Position numbers and translations under genes: made by a program. Below are positions 12,551 through 26,574 of a DNA stretch of 46,861 nt, piece by piece (the stretch's first letter is position 1; every line of letters starts with the position of its first letter). Source of the DNA: Octopus bimaculoides (lineage: Eukaryota). Where the stretch lies: NCBI RefSeq assembly GCF_001194135.2, contig NC_068981.1:189248758-189295618 (forward strand). The letters run 5' to 3'. The notes under the pieces are model-generated. The model did no database searches. It was not told where the DNA came from and was given only the letters and a program-made list of their open reading frames with translations.

Positions 12551-13289
12551 ATCACTAGCATTTTAGTATCTCCATGTATAGGTCGGACAGAATTCAATGA
12601 AGCAAATTTTCTACAGCTCAATACCCTTCCTGTCACCCACCATCACCAGTTTCCAAGCAAGTCTATGAAACAATGAAAGAACCCAGAACTAGTTAAGGGC
12701 CTTTTTGAGTACAAAGATCATACATGTCAAGAAGGCCAGATATATTTTCATAGTTCACTGTGGAGCATATGACACTGCCTGTATTGACAGAGAGGCTGTT
12801 GTTTATTTAAGTCAGCAAACACATACAGGAGAAATATGAAATCACTCAGGATACACATAAATACAAACACACATACATGCATGCATGCACACACATTTTA
12901 ATCAGATGTAAAATACATACGTAACTCAAGGATTGACTGTTTCATGTATTGTATTTATGAAACTTAAAAATCATGAATTCACTCATTAAGTAAGAGCAAA
13001 TTACAATTTTTCCCAGAATTCTCAATCTAAATTTGTTACTGGATTATTACAGCTTTACTTAGAAAACTTCAGTGCATGACAAATCATACAAGGTACTTCA
13101 GTAATTCCTACATTTCATAAGAAATAACTAATTTCTGTTTAGTTTAGAGCTGCCTTCTACAGTGGCAGTTTGGATTACCTTGCTATGAACCCAAATCTTG
13201 CAGAGCCTAGCTTGCCAGTTATTTTCCTCCAAACATTCACAAAGAAAATCCAAGTAGATGTAACAGTATTATCAAGATGTCATGGTTAA

Positions 13290-13545
13290 TGCATCAAAGT
13301 TTGCCACGACTACAATTTCACAAAACCCATCAAGTCAAGTGAAATTGTAATCACGACAGATACTGGTGTCATACAACTGGCACCCATTACACATTCAGAG
13401 TGGTTGGCATTAAGAAGGGCATCCAGCCATAGAGATCATGCCAAATCAGACAGGAGTCTGGTGCAGCTCCTCAACTTACCAGCCCTGGTTAAACTGTCCA
13501 ACTCATGCCAGCATGGACAAATGGATGCTAAATGATGATGATATG
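13290..13545 (+). mobile_element. RTE-tail retroposon copy
   Basis: GAGTGGTTGGCATTAAGAAGGGCATCCAGCC...CATGCCAGCATGGACAAATGGATGCTAAATGATGATGAT. Confidence 0.8.
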
Positions 13546-14204
13546 TAATATTAAGAGTCCCAAGATCATAGAAAATCTTGGTCCATTTGAAACTTTAATA
13601 AATCCATTCAAATAAGATTCAGTAGTTTGTGTCTGCCGTAAACAACTTAAGCTTCTTTGACACTGTTGTATTCTTCAATGTGTTTAAATTCAAGGGTTGT
13701 ATATTGGGACTTCAATGCAATTCTTGTTTTTACTAATTTTGCATCAAGTTGATTGTCAGTTCTGAGCACCTTTCACATCTCTTCTCAACTGGAGAGCTCC
13801 ATAGAAATCTGGGCAACTAACACTGGAGTTGTTTTCCTTGTTTCCAGATATTTGTCAGCGTAAAACATCTAGCCATTACTCCACATACACACACATCATG
13901 CATACAAACACAAGTGCATACACAAACACACATCCATGTATGTGTTCCATTGAAAGTATTCTTCCCAAAATATTTCTCACAGACATCAAATACTTTCCTA
14001 TGGAACAATGAGCCCATGGAGAAAGAAAGAGCCATGAATTTTGAGGTTCAAAAAAAGGGACAAATTTGATCTCAAAGAAGGTAACTTATCTAATATTCTA
14101 AGATTCACTTTACATTATTTTGAAAGTTTGAGGCCAGTACAGATGATGTTAAAGCAATGTTCTTTTTGTCTTTCTCTCTCACATAAAGCTGTTCCCCATA
14201 TGTA

Positions 14205-14375
14205 TACAGCCAGTGGCACAGGAAAAGCATCCAGCATGAACAATAAATTGGTTGGCATTAAGAAAGGAATCCAGCTATAGAAACCATACCAAAACATACA
14301 TTGGAGTATGACACAGCCCTCTGGCTCACTGGACCCTGTCAAACTGTCCAATCCATGCCAGCATGGAAAATTGAC
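14205..14375 (+). mobile_element. RTE-tail retroposon copy (degenerate)
   Basis: TTGGTTGGCATTAAGAAAGGAATCCAGC...CAAACTGTCCAATCCATGCCAGCATGGAAAA. Confidence 0.75.
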
Positions 14376-15334
14376 ATTAATTTTGAACTGTTTAAAATTT
14401 TGTATATCTCATGTATTGCTCCTGGATTTATCCAATCCATCAGCACTGGAAAACAGACTGAAAAAATTGAATAGGAATACAAGTTTATTGTTTTATCTAA
14501 TCTTTTATCAAAATCACTACCAAAAAATTTCATTTTGTCAACAAACAAAAAATAATCCACAAGTTTATTTCCTTCAAACTTTGGCAAATGGACTTCTGAG
14601 AACAATGAATAGAGAGATACCACATGATGCAGAATGCTGAACTATAAGAAAATTGTATGAATATTTTATTTTCAGAGCTAAGTTCCAAAAAATATAAATA
14701 AAAATGTTACTGAATATTTTTCTAACAAAATCTAAACTAAATAATTTTAGTTTAGAACAGTGGTTTTGACAGAATTGGTAGTGCGCAAAAAAATTTGTGA
14801 TATTTAGTTACACCTCTTTACATTTTGATGTTGAATCCTCCCTGTGTCAACTATGCCTTTCATCTTTCAGGACTCAGTAACATAAGTACCAGCAAAGTAC
14901 TAAGATCAATATAATCGATATAACATAAATACCAGAGAAGTATATAATCAACTATACCCTTCTCAGAAACCTGAGCTCTTGTTCATATGTAAGAAATCAA
15001 TATTTAAGAAATGTACAAATTGTTTGTCTTTTCATTCCACTGTAACAAAAATATTCATATGTTTTATTACATAAATCAATTCACAATTATTTTTCCATGC
15101 TCTGACGAATGGGATCAATTTTGAAAATGTAACTTTTGCTACATTGATTTTATGATTGAATATCAACCTAAAACTAAAAACTTAATAGTGAAATAAGAGT
15201 GGAATCTGTCATCATCTAGGCAGACTGAGGCAAATAGAACTAACCATATAGTCAAAAACATCTTATCTTGTATCAGTCATTAAACTGCAGCCATCCCGAA
15301 TGAATTGACATTTTTTTTTAAAGCCAGGTACTTA

Positions 15335-15530
15335 TTCTATCAGTCTACTTTGCCAAACCACTAGGTTACAGGAACATATACACACCAAGCAGTGGTAGAG
15401 CAAAAACAAAGACACACACACACACGTCTGACAAGCTTCTTTCAGTTTCTGTCTACCGAATTCACTATAACCTGAGGTTATAGTAGAAGACACTTGCCCA
15501 AGGTGCTACATAGTGGGACTGAATTCAGCT
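15335..15530 (-). mobile_element. SINE family A copy (partial)
   Basis: Reverse complement of the 18887 copy: TTCTTTCAGTTTCTGTCTACC...TATAGTAGAAGACACTTGCCCAAGGTGC...GGGACTGAA. Confidence 0.8.
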
Positions 15531-15639
15531 CAACCATCCCATTTATATTCTGATCCCCTGTCCCTTGTATGCCCGCCGTTTTGCCATCTCTATCCAGCTG
15601 TCTCCCACTTTCTCTTTCCTTCTCCTGCACTTTCCTCAG

Positions 15640-16300
15640 GTTGGGTAAGCATGCATTTTCTTTGCAGCAGTGCACTTATTTGTCTTTATTTCTAATCTCT
15701 CTCTCTCCCTCCCTCTCCAGACAGGTAACCTTGTACTTCCTCTTCAGCAAGACACCCATTTCTTATTTCTTTACTGCCCACAAGGGGCTACACACAGAGG
15801 GGACAAACAAGGACAGACAAACGGATTAAGTCGATTATACAGACCCCAGTGCGTAACTGGTCCCTATTTAATCGACCCCGAAAGGATGAAAGGCAAAGTC
15901 GACCTCAGCGGAATTTGAACTCAGAACGTAGTGGCAGATGAAATACCGCTAAGCATTTCACCCAGCGTGCTAACGTTTCTGCCAGCTCTGCAAGACACCC
16001 ATTTCTGTGTCTCTATAACCTTCCATCATATGACCCAAGATCACCTCCTGCAATGCCCCCTCCCCTCTTGAAAGTTTTTCTTTTCGTCTTGCAAGTACTT
16101 AGTGACCCTGTCAGTGCAGGTGCCACTTAAAAAGTGGCCAGTCCACTCTGCTAAGTGGTTGGTGTTCGGAAGGGCATCCAGCTGTAAAAATCCTGCCAAA
16201 ACAGTCACAGAAGTCTGGTGCAGGCTTCTGCCTGGTTGGCTCTTGTGAAACTGTCCCACCCATGCTAGCAGGGAGGGCAGACATTAAACGATGATGATGG
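15640..16300 (+). mobile_element. RTE 3' UTR and tail fragment interrupted by a SINE family B insertion
   Basis: Ends AAGGGCATCCAGCTG...CATGCTAGCAGGGAGGGCAGACATTAAACGATGATGATG. Sequence resumes after the 17-bp TSD. Confidence 0.65.
15764..15989 (-). mobile_element. SINE family B, near full length, with 17-bp TSD
   Basis: TSD GCAAGACACCCATTTCT at 15747-15763 and 15990-16006. B-box GAGTTCAAATTCC on the minus strand and a (GAAATAA)-like tail. Confidence 0.92.
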
Positions 16301-17394
16301 TTGCAATATATCAAATAAAAATCATCTTAAACTGTTTAGAATTTTATAAAACAAGTAGAAAAATACCTTAGAAAGAAAATAGAAATTTACATTGTTTAAC
16401 AGATAGAAGAAAGAAACATGAAGCATATGGTCATTAAAAGACATGACTTTGTAAGTAAATGGAAGTCATCATCATTTAACCGAACATTTTTAAATAGCCA
16501 GAAATGTGTCACTTGCCAAATCAAATTCATAATTAATATAAACATATGAGCCAAGAAGTGACTAAGATTGTTGGGTTGCAAAATCATTTAATAAGGAATG
16601 TCAGAGTCAATTCTATCAACTGATACCCTTGTTTAATTGTTTTAATTTAGTTGTTACAACCCACAGTAATTATCTTTCCATGACTTAATTTATAGTAACC
16701 TTTTTGTTGAACTGAAATTGCATATTGTTTGCTATTCTATTAAATATGGTTAAATTATGAGATTGTAAGGGTGGCTTTTAGTTGGAATAATTTCAGTAGC
16801 TATCTTAATATGAGAAGGACCATAGGTTGTTGAAATACAGTGAATGCCTATAATTAAGAATTGTTTTCATTATTCTATGCTTATATACAATAAGTGAAGA
16901 ATAGAATAAGTGAATAGTAGATATCACAGCTACTTAGAATTCAATAAGAGAAAATTGAGAGATAAGGTACTGATGGCAGACAACATAGATTCTGACATTA
17001 TAATTAGAATTTTGCTCCAACGATTTCATCCTAAATGGCTACAAATATGTACCAAACTAAGTGCTAGAATATTTGGTTCTAATACTACTAATAATACAAA
17101 GCATGAGACCAAATGCTTCACAGTACTTGTCTGAGTTCAAATCTTGTTATTGTTGTGTGAAAAGATCACCTACTGTGCATACCTATTCCAGAGAAATTAA
17201 TAATAATTTAAATTAATGAGGTGGTTAATTTAGGAAAGTGAATAGGGCAAACCCATCAGAGTGCTGGAATAATGTTGTACGTGCATTTATTATCAACTTT
17301 GTAGGTTCTAATTTAGAAACCAGAAAGTCAGGACTAAATTAGCAAAGACCTAACCAAATCGAAAGTGTGTGTGTGTGTGTGCATGTGTGTACTT

Positions 17395-17610
17395 GTTTTG
17401 ACATCATGTGGTGGTTGTATATAAGCATGATCATTCAATATTTGTTTCCAGTCTTCAGTGAAAAACATGTCTAGCAATGGAGAAATATTACCTTGCTTGG
17501 AAACAGAGGATTGGCAACAGGAAGGGCCTCTGGCCATAGAAAATTTGGCTGAATGAATTCTGACTGACCCAAGCAAGGCATGGAAGAGTGAACACTAAAA
17601 TGATGATGAG
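17395..17610 (+). mobile_element. Second retroposon 3'-tail family (CCTTGCTTGGAAAC...GATGATG); related copies at about 12590-12665 (-), 23685-23910 (-) and 30425-30590 (-)
   Basis: Shared motif AAATATTACCTTGCTTGGAAACAG and (GAT)n end among the copies. Confidence 0.7.
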
Positions 17611-18886
17611 TATATGAGAGTGTGTTTGCAAACTACAGCTAAGATGATAAAGATCTATTAGTTTGCATGGATGTTAAATTCATAAAACCAAACATATCTC
17701 ACAGAGCAATTGTAATTTCTGTCACTTTAGTTCTTTTCCAATGTCCCCTTATAAAATACTTCCAATCAAACATTTCTGAAATGAAAAATCCATTAGATAT
17801 TTATTTTAAGTAGAATTAGAATGAACTTGGTTTTTGATTAGAAAACTAAGAAAGAAAGAAAAAAATTCATAAGAGGTATGAATGTTTCTTGCCAAAAATA
17901 CAAGAGGTTGTTTAACCACTGAACATTCCATCATTACTTCAGTGTATCTAAGTCTAGCATATGTGTCTTTTCCTTTTCTAAGACAGTGTAATATCATTTG
18001 AAAGAGATATGACTGCTATTTCCAGCAGGTCAGATAAATGCATAGAGTCGTTTCCATTAGCTTAACATAGCTTATAACGGATTATGAAAAGGTCTTGATA
18101 GCCTATTGAGAGTGAGTTTCACTAGGAATGGAAATATATGACTGCATGTCTTGTTTTTAAGATCATATATCCATGCATACATGCATGGTCAAAAGAATAT
18201 TGATGTAACTTAAAATGGCCACCAAGTTAAAACAAAACCAGCCACATATTGTGTGGGATCACAAGGAATATATGTTCTGTTCTGGAAATCAGCTACCCTC
18301 CGAACACTAATGTAGTTAGAAAGATACAAGAGAAAGTGGACATCTATGAACCATTGACAAAGAGTTTATGAACCTAGTGCCAAAGATATACTTTCAGCTT
18401 CATAACTATTATTATTGGAGCAACAGGATACATACTAACCTGTCTGGAGTAAAGTATGGCTGAACTTGAGTTCTTGGTGGGAGAAAGAAAATCCTTAATT
18501 CATATGCTACAAATGACCTTGATATCTGAGATTATAAAAATGAGCAAAGGACCTTAAGATTTAAAGATGATGGTTAAAACAAGATGTTTTTCTTCACAAC
18601 CTTGCTACCAATCAGGTGGCCAGTCAAAATTTGTTCTAAATTAAAAAGAGAAAGAGAAGGAACACACACACACATAGAACCATTGAACTTAAAATCTGAT
18701 TATGTGGACATGTTCTATCCTTGCAAAACTAAGTAATGTGGAACTGAGTCAAACTTTTATTAAATACATTTAACTCCAATTAAATTTTGTTAAACATTGC
18801 TTTATTTTGGTTGTTCACTCATTCATGTGTGAGTGTATATTCGTTTTGAAGATCAATGCTAAAAATTATATTCAAATCTTTATTTT

Positions 18887-19298
18887 GTCGTAGGAGTGGT
18901 TGTGTGGTAAGTAGCTTACTTACCAACCACATGGTTCTGGGTTCAGTCCCACTGCGTGGCACCTTGGGCAAGTGTCTTCTACTATAGCCTCGGGCCGACC
19001 AAAGCCTTGTGAGTGGATTTGGTAGACGGAAACTGAAAGAAGCCCGTCGTATATATGTATATATATATATATGTATGTGTGTGTATGTGTTTGTGTGTCT
19101 ATGTTTGTCTCCCCAACATCGCTTGACAACCGATGCTGGTGTGTTTACATCCCCGTAACTTAGCGGTTCGGCATAAGAGATTGATAGAATAAGTACTAGG
19201 CTTCCAAAGAATAAGTCCTGGGCCGATTTCCTCAACTAAAGGCGGTGCTCCAGCATGGCCGCAGTCAAATGACTGAAACAAGTAAAAGAGTAAAAGAG
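18887..19298 (+). mobile_element. tRNA-derived SINE family A, full length
   Basis: A-box-like TGGTTGTGTGG, B-box-like GGTTCAGTCC, CORE-like ACCTTGGGCAAGTGTCTT block, internal (AT)/(GT) microsatellite and (GTAAAAGA)2 tail. Several copies in the window. Confidence 0.9.
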
Positions 19299-21043
19299 CA
19301 AATACTTGCATCAAGCAAAATACTTTTCCTTTATTTTTACATAGATCAGAAGTGAGAATTGAAGTAATTATGTTTGCAACATATTAATATCTATATAGAC
19401 TGTAAATAATTATATTCCTACTCACTTAAAATAGTGTCATCCTTATATTATTGAAGCTTTGTTCAGTAACTGTGATATTCTTATTTTTTACATTCAGAGC
19501 CTTCTCTCGGTTTCATTGAAGTCAATGAACAGATAAATGTTGCATATTCTAAAAAACTTGTTAGTAAACACTTTATAACGATTAATAAATTCACATCAAG
19601 CTTTGCAATTTAGCTGTCATTTTGATATTTTTATATGCACAGTTAACCATAAAATCTTTTTCTATGCAATGAATAATGTCAGTAACAAATTAGAATCAAT
19701 GATTTTACAACCTCTTAGATTTTTATAAAACTAAATTTGTTTGCATTAAAATACCTAGCCAATTGTCTTTGAAAATTGCCTTTAATTCATAGGTATTTCA
19801 ATTAGCATCTGAATGGATGACACTTTAATTTTTATTATCATTAAGAAGTAGATTGAGCAAAACAAGTTATTTACTGAGGATTCAATGGAGAACCCAAATT
19901 ATCTTTTATGCATCAATTCTTTCTCTTTTTTTATACAATTTGTATAGTATTCACATGAAACTAATTCTTTTACATTTTAGCTTTAAAATAAAACATTGTT
20001 TGCATTTTAAACAAATGTTGATAATTAGTAGAATGCCATTTTAAACTTGAGTTGATTTCAAAAATGTTTGGGAATCGAGCAAAATGCTCACAATATTGAT
20101 CAAATCTGAACAACTTTACAAGCAACATGCAAAATTGATGTCTCATTTTAAGAGTTAATGAACTCTTATGACTAATGTCAAAATACTATCTGAAGTCTGA
20201 AAGTTTTGCTTTTGTTTAGCATCTGACCAAAACAAAAAGTGATCTCTTGCCAATAATCTGGCAAGTGTTATTCCATTTATTAGAATACTTAAAAGAGACT
20301 AGTTTTCACAATAGTAAATGAAGGTTTCCTTTATGAATTTGTCAATGAGGCCTAAAATTATAAAAGCTAGTTTAACTGATCTGGTTCTTAGTCTTCTTTC
20401 TACTGGTAGCTTGTAAACACTACCAATTTAATGTGCTACCAATATAAATTACATTTTAGCATCCTAATTGACAATTGAAGCCATAGAAGGTTGAATGACC
20501 TGCTAGAAATATCAGCCAAATCTACCTTAACTTAAGAAAGGGAAGACACATTGGATAATACAGTTCTAAATAGACTGTAAAACAGGACCATCAAGACAAG
20601 ATTACCTAAATGGAATATCTAGGCATCAGAGCTGTTCTGGGATTAAACAACATTCTGATACCAGTATAATCATCTCTCTCATACATACACACACTCATGC
20701 ACACACCAATACTCAATTTATCAATTTCTTAATGCTATCTTATTTGTAGCACACAACCAATAGTACATACTTAAATCCCTCATTATCTGAGATACTTATT
20801 AAATATTCTTGTTACAATTATAGTAGAAATTATATCATTAGATAGACTGACTTCCTAATTCCTTGCAAGTTAGAGAAATCCTAAAACGCTGCATAAATTT
20901 TATTATCTAAAAGTTTGACCCATAAGATAAGTTTTCTACAGCATCTATATACTGTACAGGTTCTTATAGTAGCTAATATTTTAAGGTTTTATTTATGTAG
21001 AGCTTTGATTTAAGCTGAAAGTCAATGCTAATGTATGTAACAT

Positions 21044-21412
21044 CATCATCATTTAACATCTGTTGTCCATGCTGGCATGGGTTGGACAGTTGAAACAGGG
21101 CTGGTAAGCTGAGGGGCTGCACCAGACTCCAGTCTGATTTGGCATGGTTTCTACAGCTGAATGTCCTTCCTAAAGCCAACCACTCCAAGAGCCTAACGGG
21201 TGCTTTTATTTGACACCAGCCAGTTGCATGAAGCCAGTATCTGCCACAACTATGATTTCACTTGGCTTGATTGGTCTTCTCAAGCACAGCATATTGCCAA
21301 AGGTCTTGGTCATTTGTCATTGCCTCCATAAGGCCCAATTCTCAAAAGGTATTTTTTACATTCCACTGGCATGGGTGCCAGTTATGTGACACCAGCATTG
21401 GCCACAAGGGAA
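21044..21412 (-). mobile_element. RTE-tail retroposon copy
   Basis: Reverse complement of the AAGG(G)CATCCAGCTGTAGAAACC...CCATGCCAGCATGG...GATGATG family. Confidence 0.8.
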
Positions 21413-22611
21413 TCAGCATTTGAAACATCAGTTTGATAAACTCTAAAGTTTTAATTGATTTTGATAAAATCACAAGACAAATTATCCACAACAATGATTG
21501 ATAATCTGATATTAAACCATCACCACTATTATGATTATCACAACTTTTGTTAACCCATTTCAAACAAGTCTTATTTTTATAAATGAGAAAGATATTATTC
21601 CCATCTTCTTGTTGGATAACTTTTGAAACTTTTAACACTTTTCTGATTGATTTTAAATACTGAGATAACAAAATAAAATTTTACACAAGATATATTTGAA
21701 GATGTTAAAATATTTAAAAGCTATTTATAATTAAATCATCATTGTAATAGTTGTGAAAATTCAATAATTGGATCTGTATATTAATCATATGGTTGCAAAG
21801 TGAACTTTGCACATTTGTGCCTACACTCCTACCCCATATATAATTAAATAAAACAAGTGCTTTTATTGTTTGTTACACAGCTGTACCGATGCCTACATCT
21901 CACCAAACAAAAGAAATATTAAATATTAACTGCCAAAAACTTACAAAATCTAAAATAATTTAATAAAGATGCATTGTTTTTTGTTTACAACTCAAAATTA
22001 GATTTCTACAAAGAATTACAATCTATAAAATAATATTCAAGACATTTTTTAGACTCAACTTTTTGTTGCAGGTTATTTCTTTCTATCCATTTGTCTGGGT
22101 AGAAAAGTTAACAAAGTATTTTCATTTTCAGCCTATATTAAAATGGGGGAGCAGATTGACTGAATTAAAATTGCTAGTGTTAGAGTTATTGCACAAATAC
22201 TGTTTCACTTGGATTGTTGTAGATTAGTAAATGGAAGGAACATAAAAACATGACTGATAATTCCAGAAGAATTCAGTTATCAAGAGGAAAGATTCTAAAG
22301 AAAATAGAGCAAAGGAGTAAATTGAAAAGGGAGAACTGCAAAGTTGACAAGATCAGAAGAAGCATAAAAGTGACAATAAGATTCTAATTGCAAGATGTAT
22401 GTTACTAATAGTCTTACCTAACAAGTTATAAGTGTGATTATAGCATGTTAGATGCTTCAGAAAACTGAGAATTATTTCAGTGTGCAAAGAGAATGTGGTG
22501 GGGATCTCTGTTTGGCATTAGGTAAGCCCTTAACAAGTCGATTATAGATCTTAGTCAAATAACTGACCAACTCACATATGTATTGTTCCATACATTTGGT
22601 GTCTTTAATGT

Positions 22612-22820
22612 GTTATTTCTTTACTACCCACAAAGGGGCTGCACACAGAGGGGACAAACAAGGACAGACAAACGGATCAAGTCGATTATACCGACCCCAG
22701 TGCGTAACTGGTACTTATTTGATCGACCCCGAAAGGATGAAAGGCAAAGTCGACCTCGGCGGAATTTGAACTCAGAACGTAGCGGCAGACAAAATACCGC
22801 TAAGCATTTCGCCCGGCGTG
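22612..22820 (-). mobile_element. SINE family B (5' few bases missing), low divergence
   Basis: Near-identical to 15764-15989 with CpGs retained. B-box GAGTTCAAATTCC on the minus strand. Confidence 0.9.
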
Positions 22821-25800
22821 TGGAGAATTATATACATCATGTGAGCTTTTTGCTAGAAGAGGGGATTAGGTCAATATTTTTGTAATGTGTATCTCTGTTA
22901 ATAGCAGAGGTTCTTCTGGCAAATCATAAGGGGCATGTCATCATAAGCTGTAGTTTAGGGTTTCATAAAACAGAACAAGCAATATCGAGGAAAAAAAAAC
23001 ATGAATGATACAGTGATGTATAATTTAGAACATGAGAGAGAGTTCATAAACAAGAAAAATAAACAGAAAGCAAAAAGGTAATAACTGAAATGTTTGAGAA
23101 GAGAAGACAGGCAGAAAAATGTAACAAATGCATTCTTGGCTAAAAAGTGACATGAAATAGAAGATATATAAGATTGAATAAGGTTAGAAGCTCTTAGAAA
23201 GCCAGCTTTACAGGTAATACAAGGAAAGATATGTCGCAAAAACCATATACAATAAAAAGATCAATCATGACCGATGATAATGGAGCACTATTTAAAACTG
23301 TTGTAAAAAAATCTTTTCTTAATTTTGCATACCACCTTAATTTTGCATACCACTATTAAATCTTACTCTTTAAATGTGTGGTCATACATAATTTACTTTA
23401 ATATTTAACATACAACTAGAATTCAACAATCTTTGAAACAGTTAATATTTTCCAGGATTAATGAAATGAACTTTCTTGTATATCTTTGGTAACTAATTTG
23501 AAGCTATATAAAACATTGCATAAAAAAAAATTAAAACTTCAAAATATTGTATCTGCTTTTGAAAATGGGACAAGCAAACTGATTATCCCGATGATTTTTG
23601 AATGAAAATTATGCGCTCTTGAGAGGGAAGTTAAAAATAGCAAAATGTATCTGAAAGATTTATGCTTTGCCATTATCAACATCATCATTGTTGTTGTTTT
23701 CCTGTCCACTTTTCTGTACTTGCATGGGTCAGACAAAATTTGGTGAGGCAGATTTTCTACAGCTGCCCCTGTTGCTAATCTGCATTTGTTTCCAAGCAAG
23801 GTAATATTTCCCCATAACTTGACAGGTTTTCATAGATGATTGGAAATGGTCACTGCTTGTAAGATGGTGGTACTCATTTTAAAACAATTGCACAATGTCA
23901 AATCAAGGATCAAGGACACACACACACACACAAAAGAAATGGCTTCCTTCAGTTTCAGTCTAAAACCACTAACATGACATCAATAACATGCAGCTGGGAG
24001 AGAAACAAAGTTCTTTATCACACAGTGCTTAGAAGAGAGTAGTATGCTTATATGTTATCCCTCATCCAAATATTAACAGAGCCAATTTTTGTTTCTTGTT
24101 GAAACATTGTCATTCCGGAGATAATGCTTTCCATCACTCAACAAAAGATTATTTCAATCTCTGCAACAAAGTGAGACAATATGATATGGATTCCCACTGC
24201 CAACTAATTTTAACAATTTGTTGTAATTTTAAATGGTTAGTTATGTATTGAGCTTCAATATATTTTTCACAATGTATCCTTTTTTCCATGTACTTTAGAC
24301 TAAGAAAGAATGTCAGTACCCTTAGCCTGATAAACTTAGTCGTTTTAGTAATTAGCTGATTATTAATTCAATCTTAATAAATAGAAAATAATATGCTATG
24401 CTGGGATTATGCTATAAAGACATCATGCTAGTCTTATAAGTCATCATGTTAGTCAAATACCAATATTTACCTTATGACAAACAATCCTTAAATCTGTTAA
24501 AATAGTGAACATGAACTTTTTGGAGATTTAATAGTTGTTAAACATTAAGTTATAACTACAAATAGTAAAATATAGTTTTAAGCTATGAATATTATAGTTC
24601 TTGTAGTAAATATTACTAGTTGTATTCCTCTTTCTTTTAATCAATGGCATAAAACAATTAGAAAACAAAAGCACTTTTATAACAAGACCGTCAAACCTTA
24701 TTTGGGCATTTTATGAAGATTCTCCATCATTAAACTATTGTTTGGTTTTTCAAATCAAAATGTCTTGAACTTATTTTGTTCATCAGACTGGAAACACTTC
24801 AACTCAGGTTAACAAAATAAAAAAGTTTTAAAAAAAAATAAAGAAACAAATTAATTATATTTCATATAATGATTTATTGCCTAGCCATAATGACTTCTTT
24901 GTGAGGAAGAGAATTTATAGTTCATTGAATCAACTTCTGTGCTTGTTTAAATGACCTAAGAAGGATGAAAGATAAAACTGTTTCTTGTCTGAAATGAATA
25001 CCTAGATTATCATATATCAATCTATTTCAGTTTTATGTCATCTATATGAACTCTATTGTTCTAACAACCATTATAATAAATAAATATAATAAATATATGT
25101 TCCGGCAAAAAACAAATAAAAATAATATAGTAAGTAAAAGAAAAAAAGAACTAAATCTGACTGACAAGTTCTGTTTCTAATTCATATTGGAGAGGTTCAA
25201 AGTAGAATGGGCATACAGCTGTCAAAACAATTACTTCAACAAAAAGGCATCTCTTGGTTAGGAGATAAATTTCACTGAATAGTTTTGATTCAATGAAAGT
25301 AAATAATGTAATTATAAATGTTAGTATTTTCAAACAGTATTTCTTTTGTTGATTAATGATCTAGCTGTTTTAATTCATATATCTGTAATATCTCAGAAAA
25401 TCATTATTTTATTGCTGATTACTGGTAATATTTAGATACTCTCTGAAATGGAGAAAATTCCAAACAGAAACCATTCTGGAAATCCTCCAATTTAAAAGTT
25501 ACTATTATCATCAATTTTCAGCAAAGATGTTTCCAAAAATTTAGATTTTCCTTCTTTCATATTTGTTTCTTATTTCCTATAAATGGATTTCAAGTTTTAA
25601 ATGGCCAACTCAGTTCAGTTCCTTGTTTTCATTTTATACAGTTTTCCATTTTTAATCATATATATTAATGCCCTCCTATTGTTAACAATAAGTGGTTTAT
25701 TCAGATTGGTTTTATATTTGACAGTCTAGATCAAGATTGAATAAAATCAATTGATAGTATACCATTATGAGCTTGTCTTAGAGCTATTTTGAAATGAACC

Positions 25801-26574
25801 ATTACTAGAAAATTACCATTGCTCATATTACTAAAGGATTTGTGATTTTTTTTATTTTCATCTGCATTATCATAACAAAAGTCAACAGTGTAGTGTTTCC
25901 AAAAAGTTCTCTCTTGATTTTTACTATTTCCATGGTGCTTCATTTAAAATACTTTTGGTTGTTATTGTTTAGCCTCGAGTCATGCCTAATTGAGCAGACC
26001 TATGATGATCAAAGACATTTCAGACATCCTGCTATGCACATTTTCCTTTCCTCAGATTAGTAGGCTGTCAGAGATTCGTCTTCTACTTCTCGCTGGTAAA
26101 CAAACAATGTAGATATTTCTTCATTAGCTCTGGTTAATCTAGCTGTTGGAAATCTCATTTCACTAACATTTGAACAGTTAATATGTTAGGTTTTCATTTT
26201 TATTGTTAACAAGAACTGAGTAGTTTATGTTTTCATGCAGACAACTCTGAAACAGAATTAGCTTCCTGCAAGAACATAAACACAATTGCTACATGAGGCA
26301 TTCAACCAATTATAGAGCCTTTAGGGGATTTTTGTATAGTTTAAATCTACTCCTAATTAAATGGATAGTTTAAATATACCTTTAACTGAATTTGAAAAAT
26401 TTGGATCAAAATATTTTCTTCCTTTTCTAAGAAACCCAACTTAAGGTAACTGGAGTAAAGAGATAATAATGTAACTGACAACATATAAGTACAGTGAAAC
26501 CTGATCACGAATGAATCATACTTTATCTCCTACCTTTCTCATATTCATTTAATACAGTAGTACTTCGGTTTACG

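Noticed and set aside
14339-14640. Overlapping 94-aa and 110-aa ORFs; LPKFEGN weakly recalls BEL/Pao Gag
   Set aside because: Partly inside a retroposon tail, only a single short motif, and no other LTR-element features.
16910-17134. 74-aa ORF with a faint death-domain-like KWLQICTKLS stretch
   Set aside because: The similarity does not extend, there are no clear splice sites, and the ORF ends in a SINE head.
15569-22885. Recurring peptides such as HRGDKQGQTNG...DPERMKGKVDL in several ORFs
   Set aside because: These are translations of SINE family B copies, not a protein family.
24080-24170. Segment with a + strand donor (GTGAGA) and a strong - strand acceptor
   Set aside because: All minus frames are closed, and the + frame phase does not fit the other candidates.
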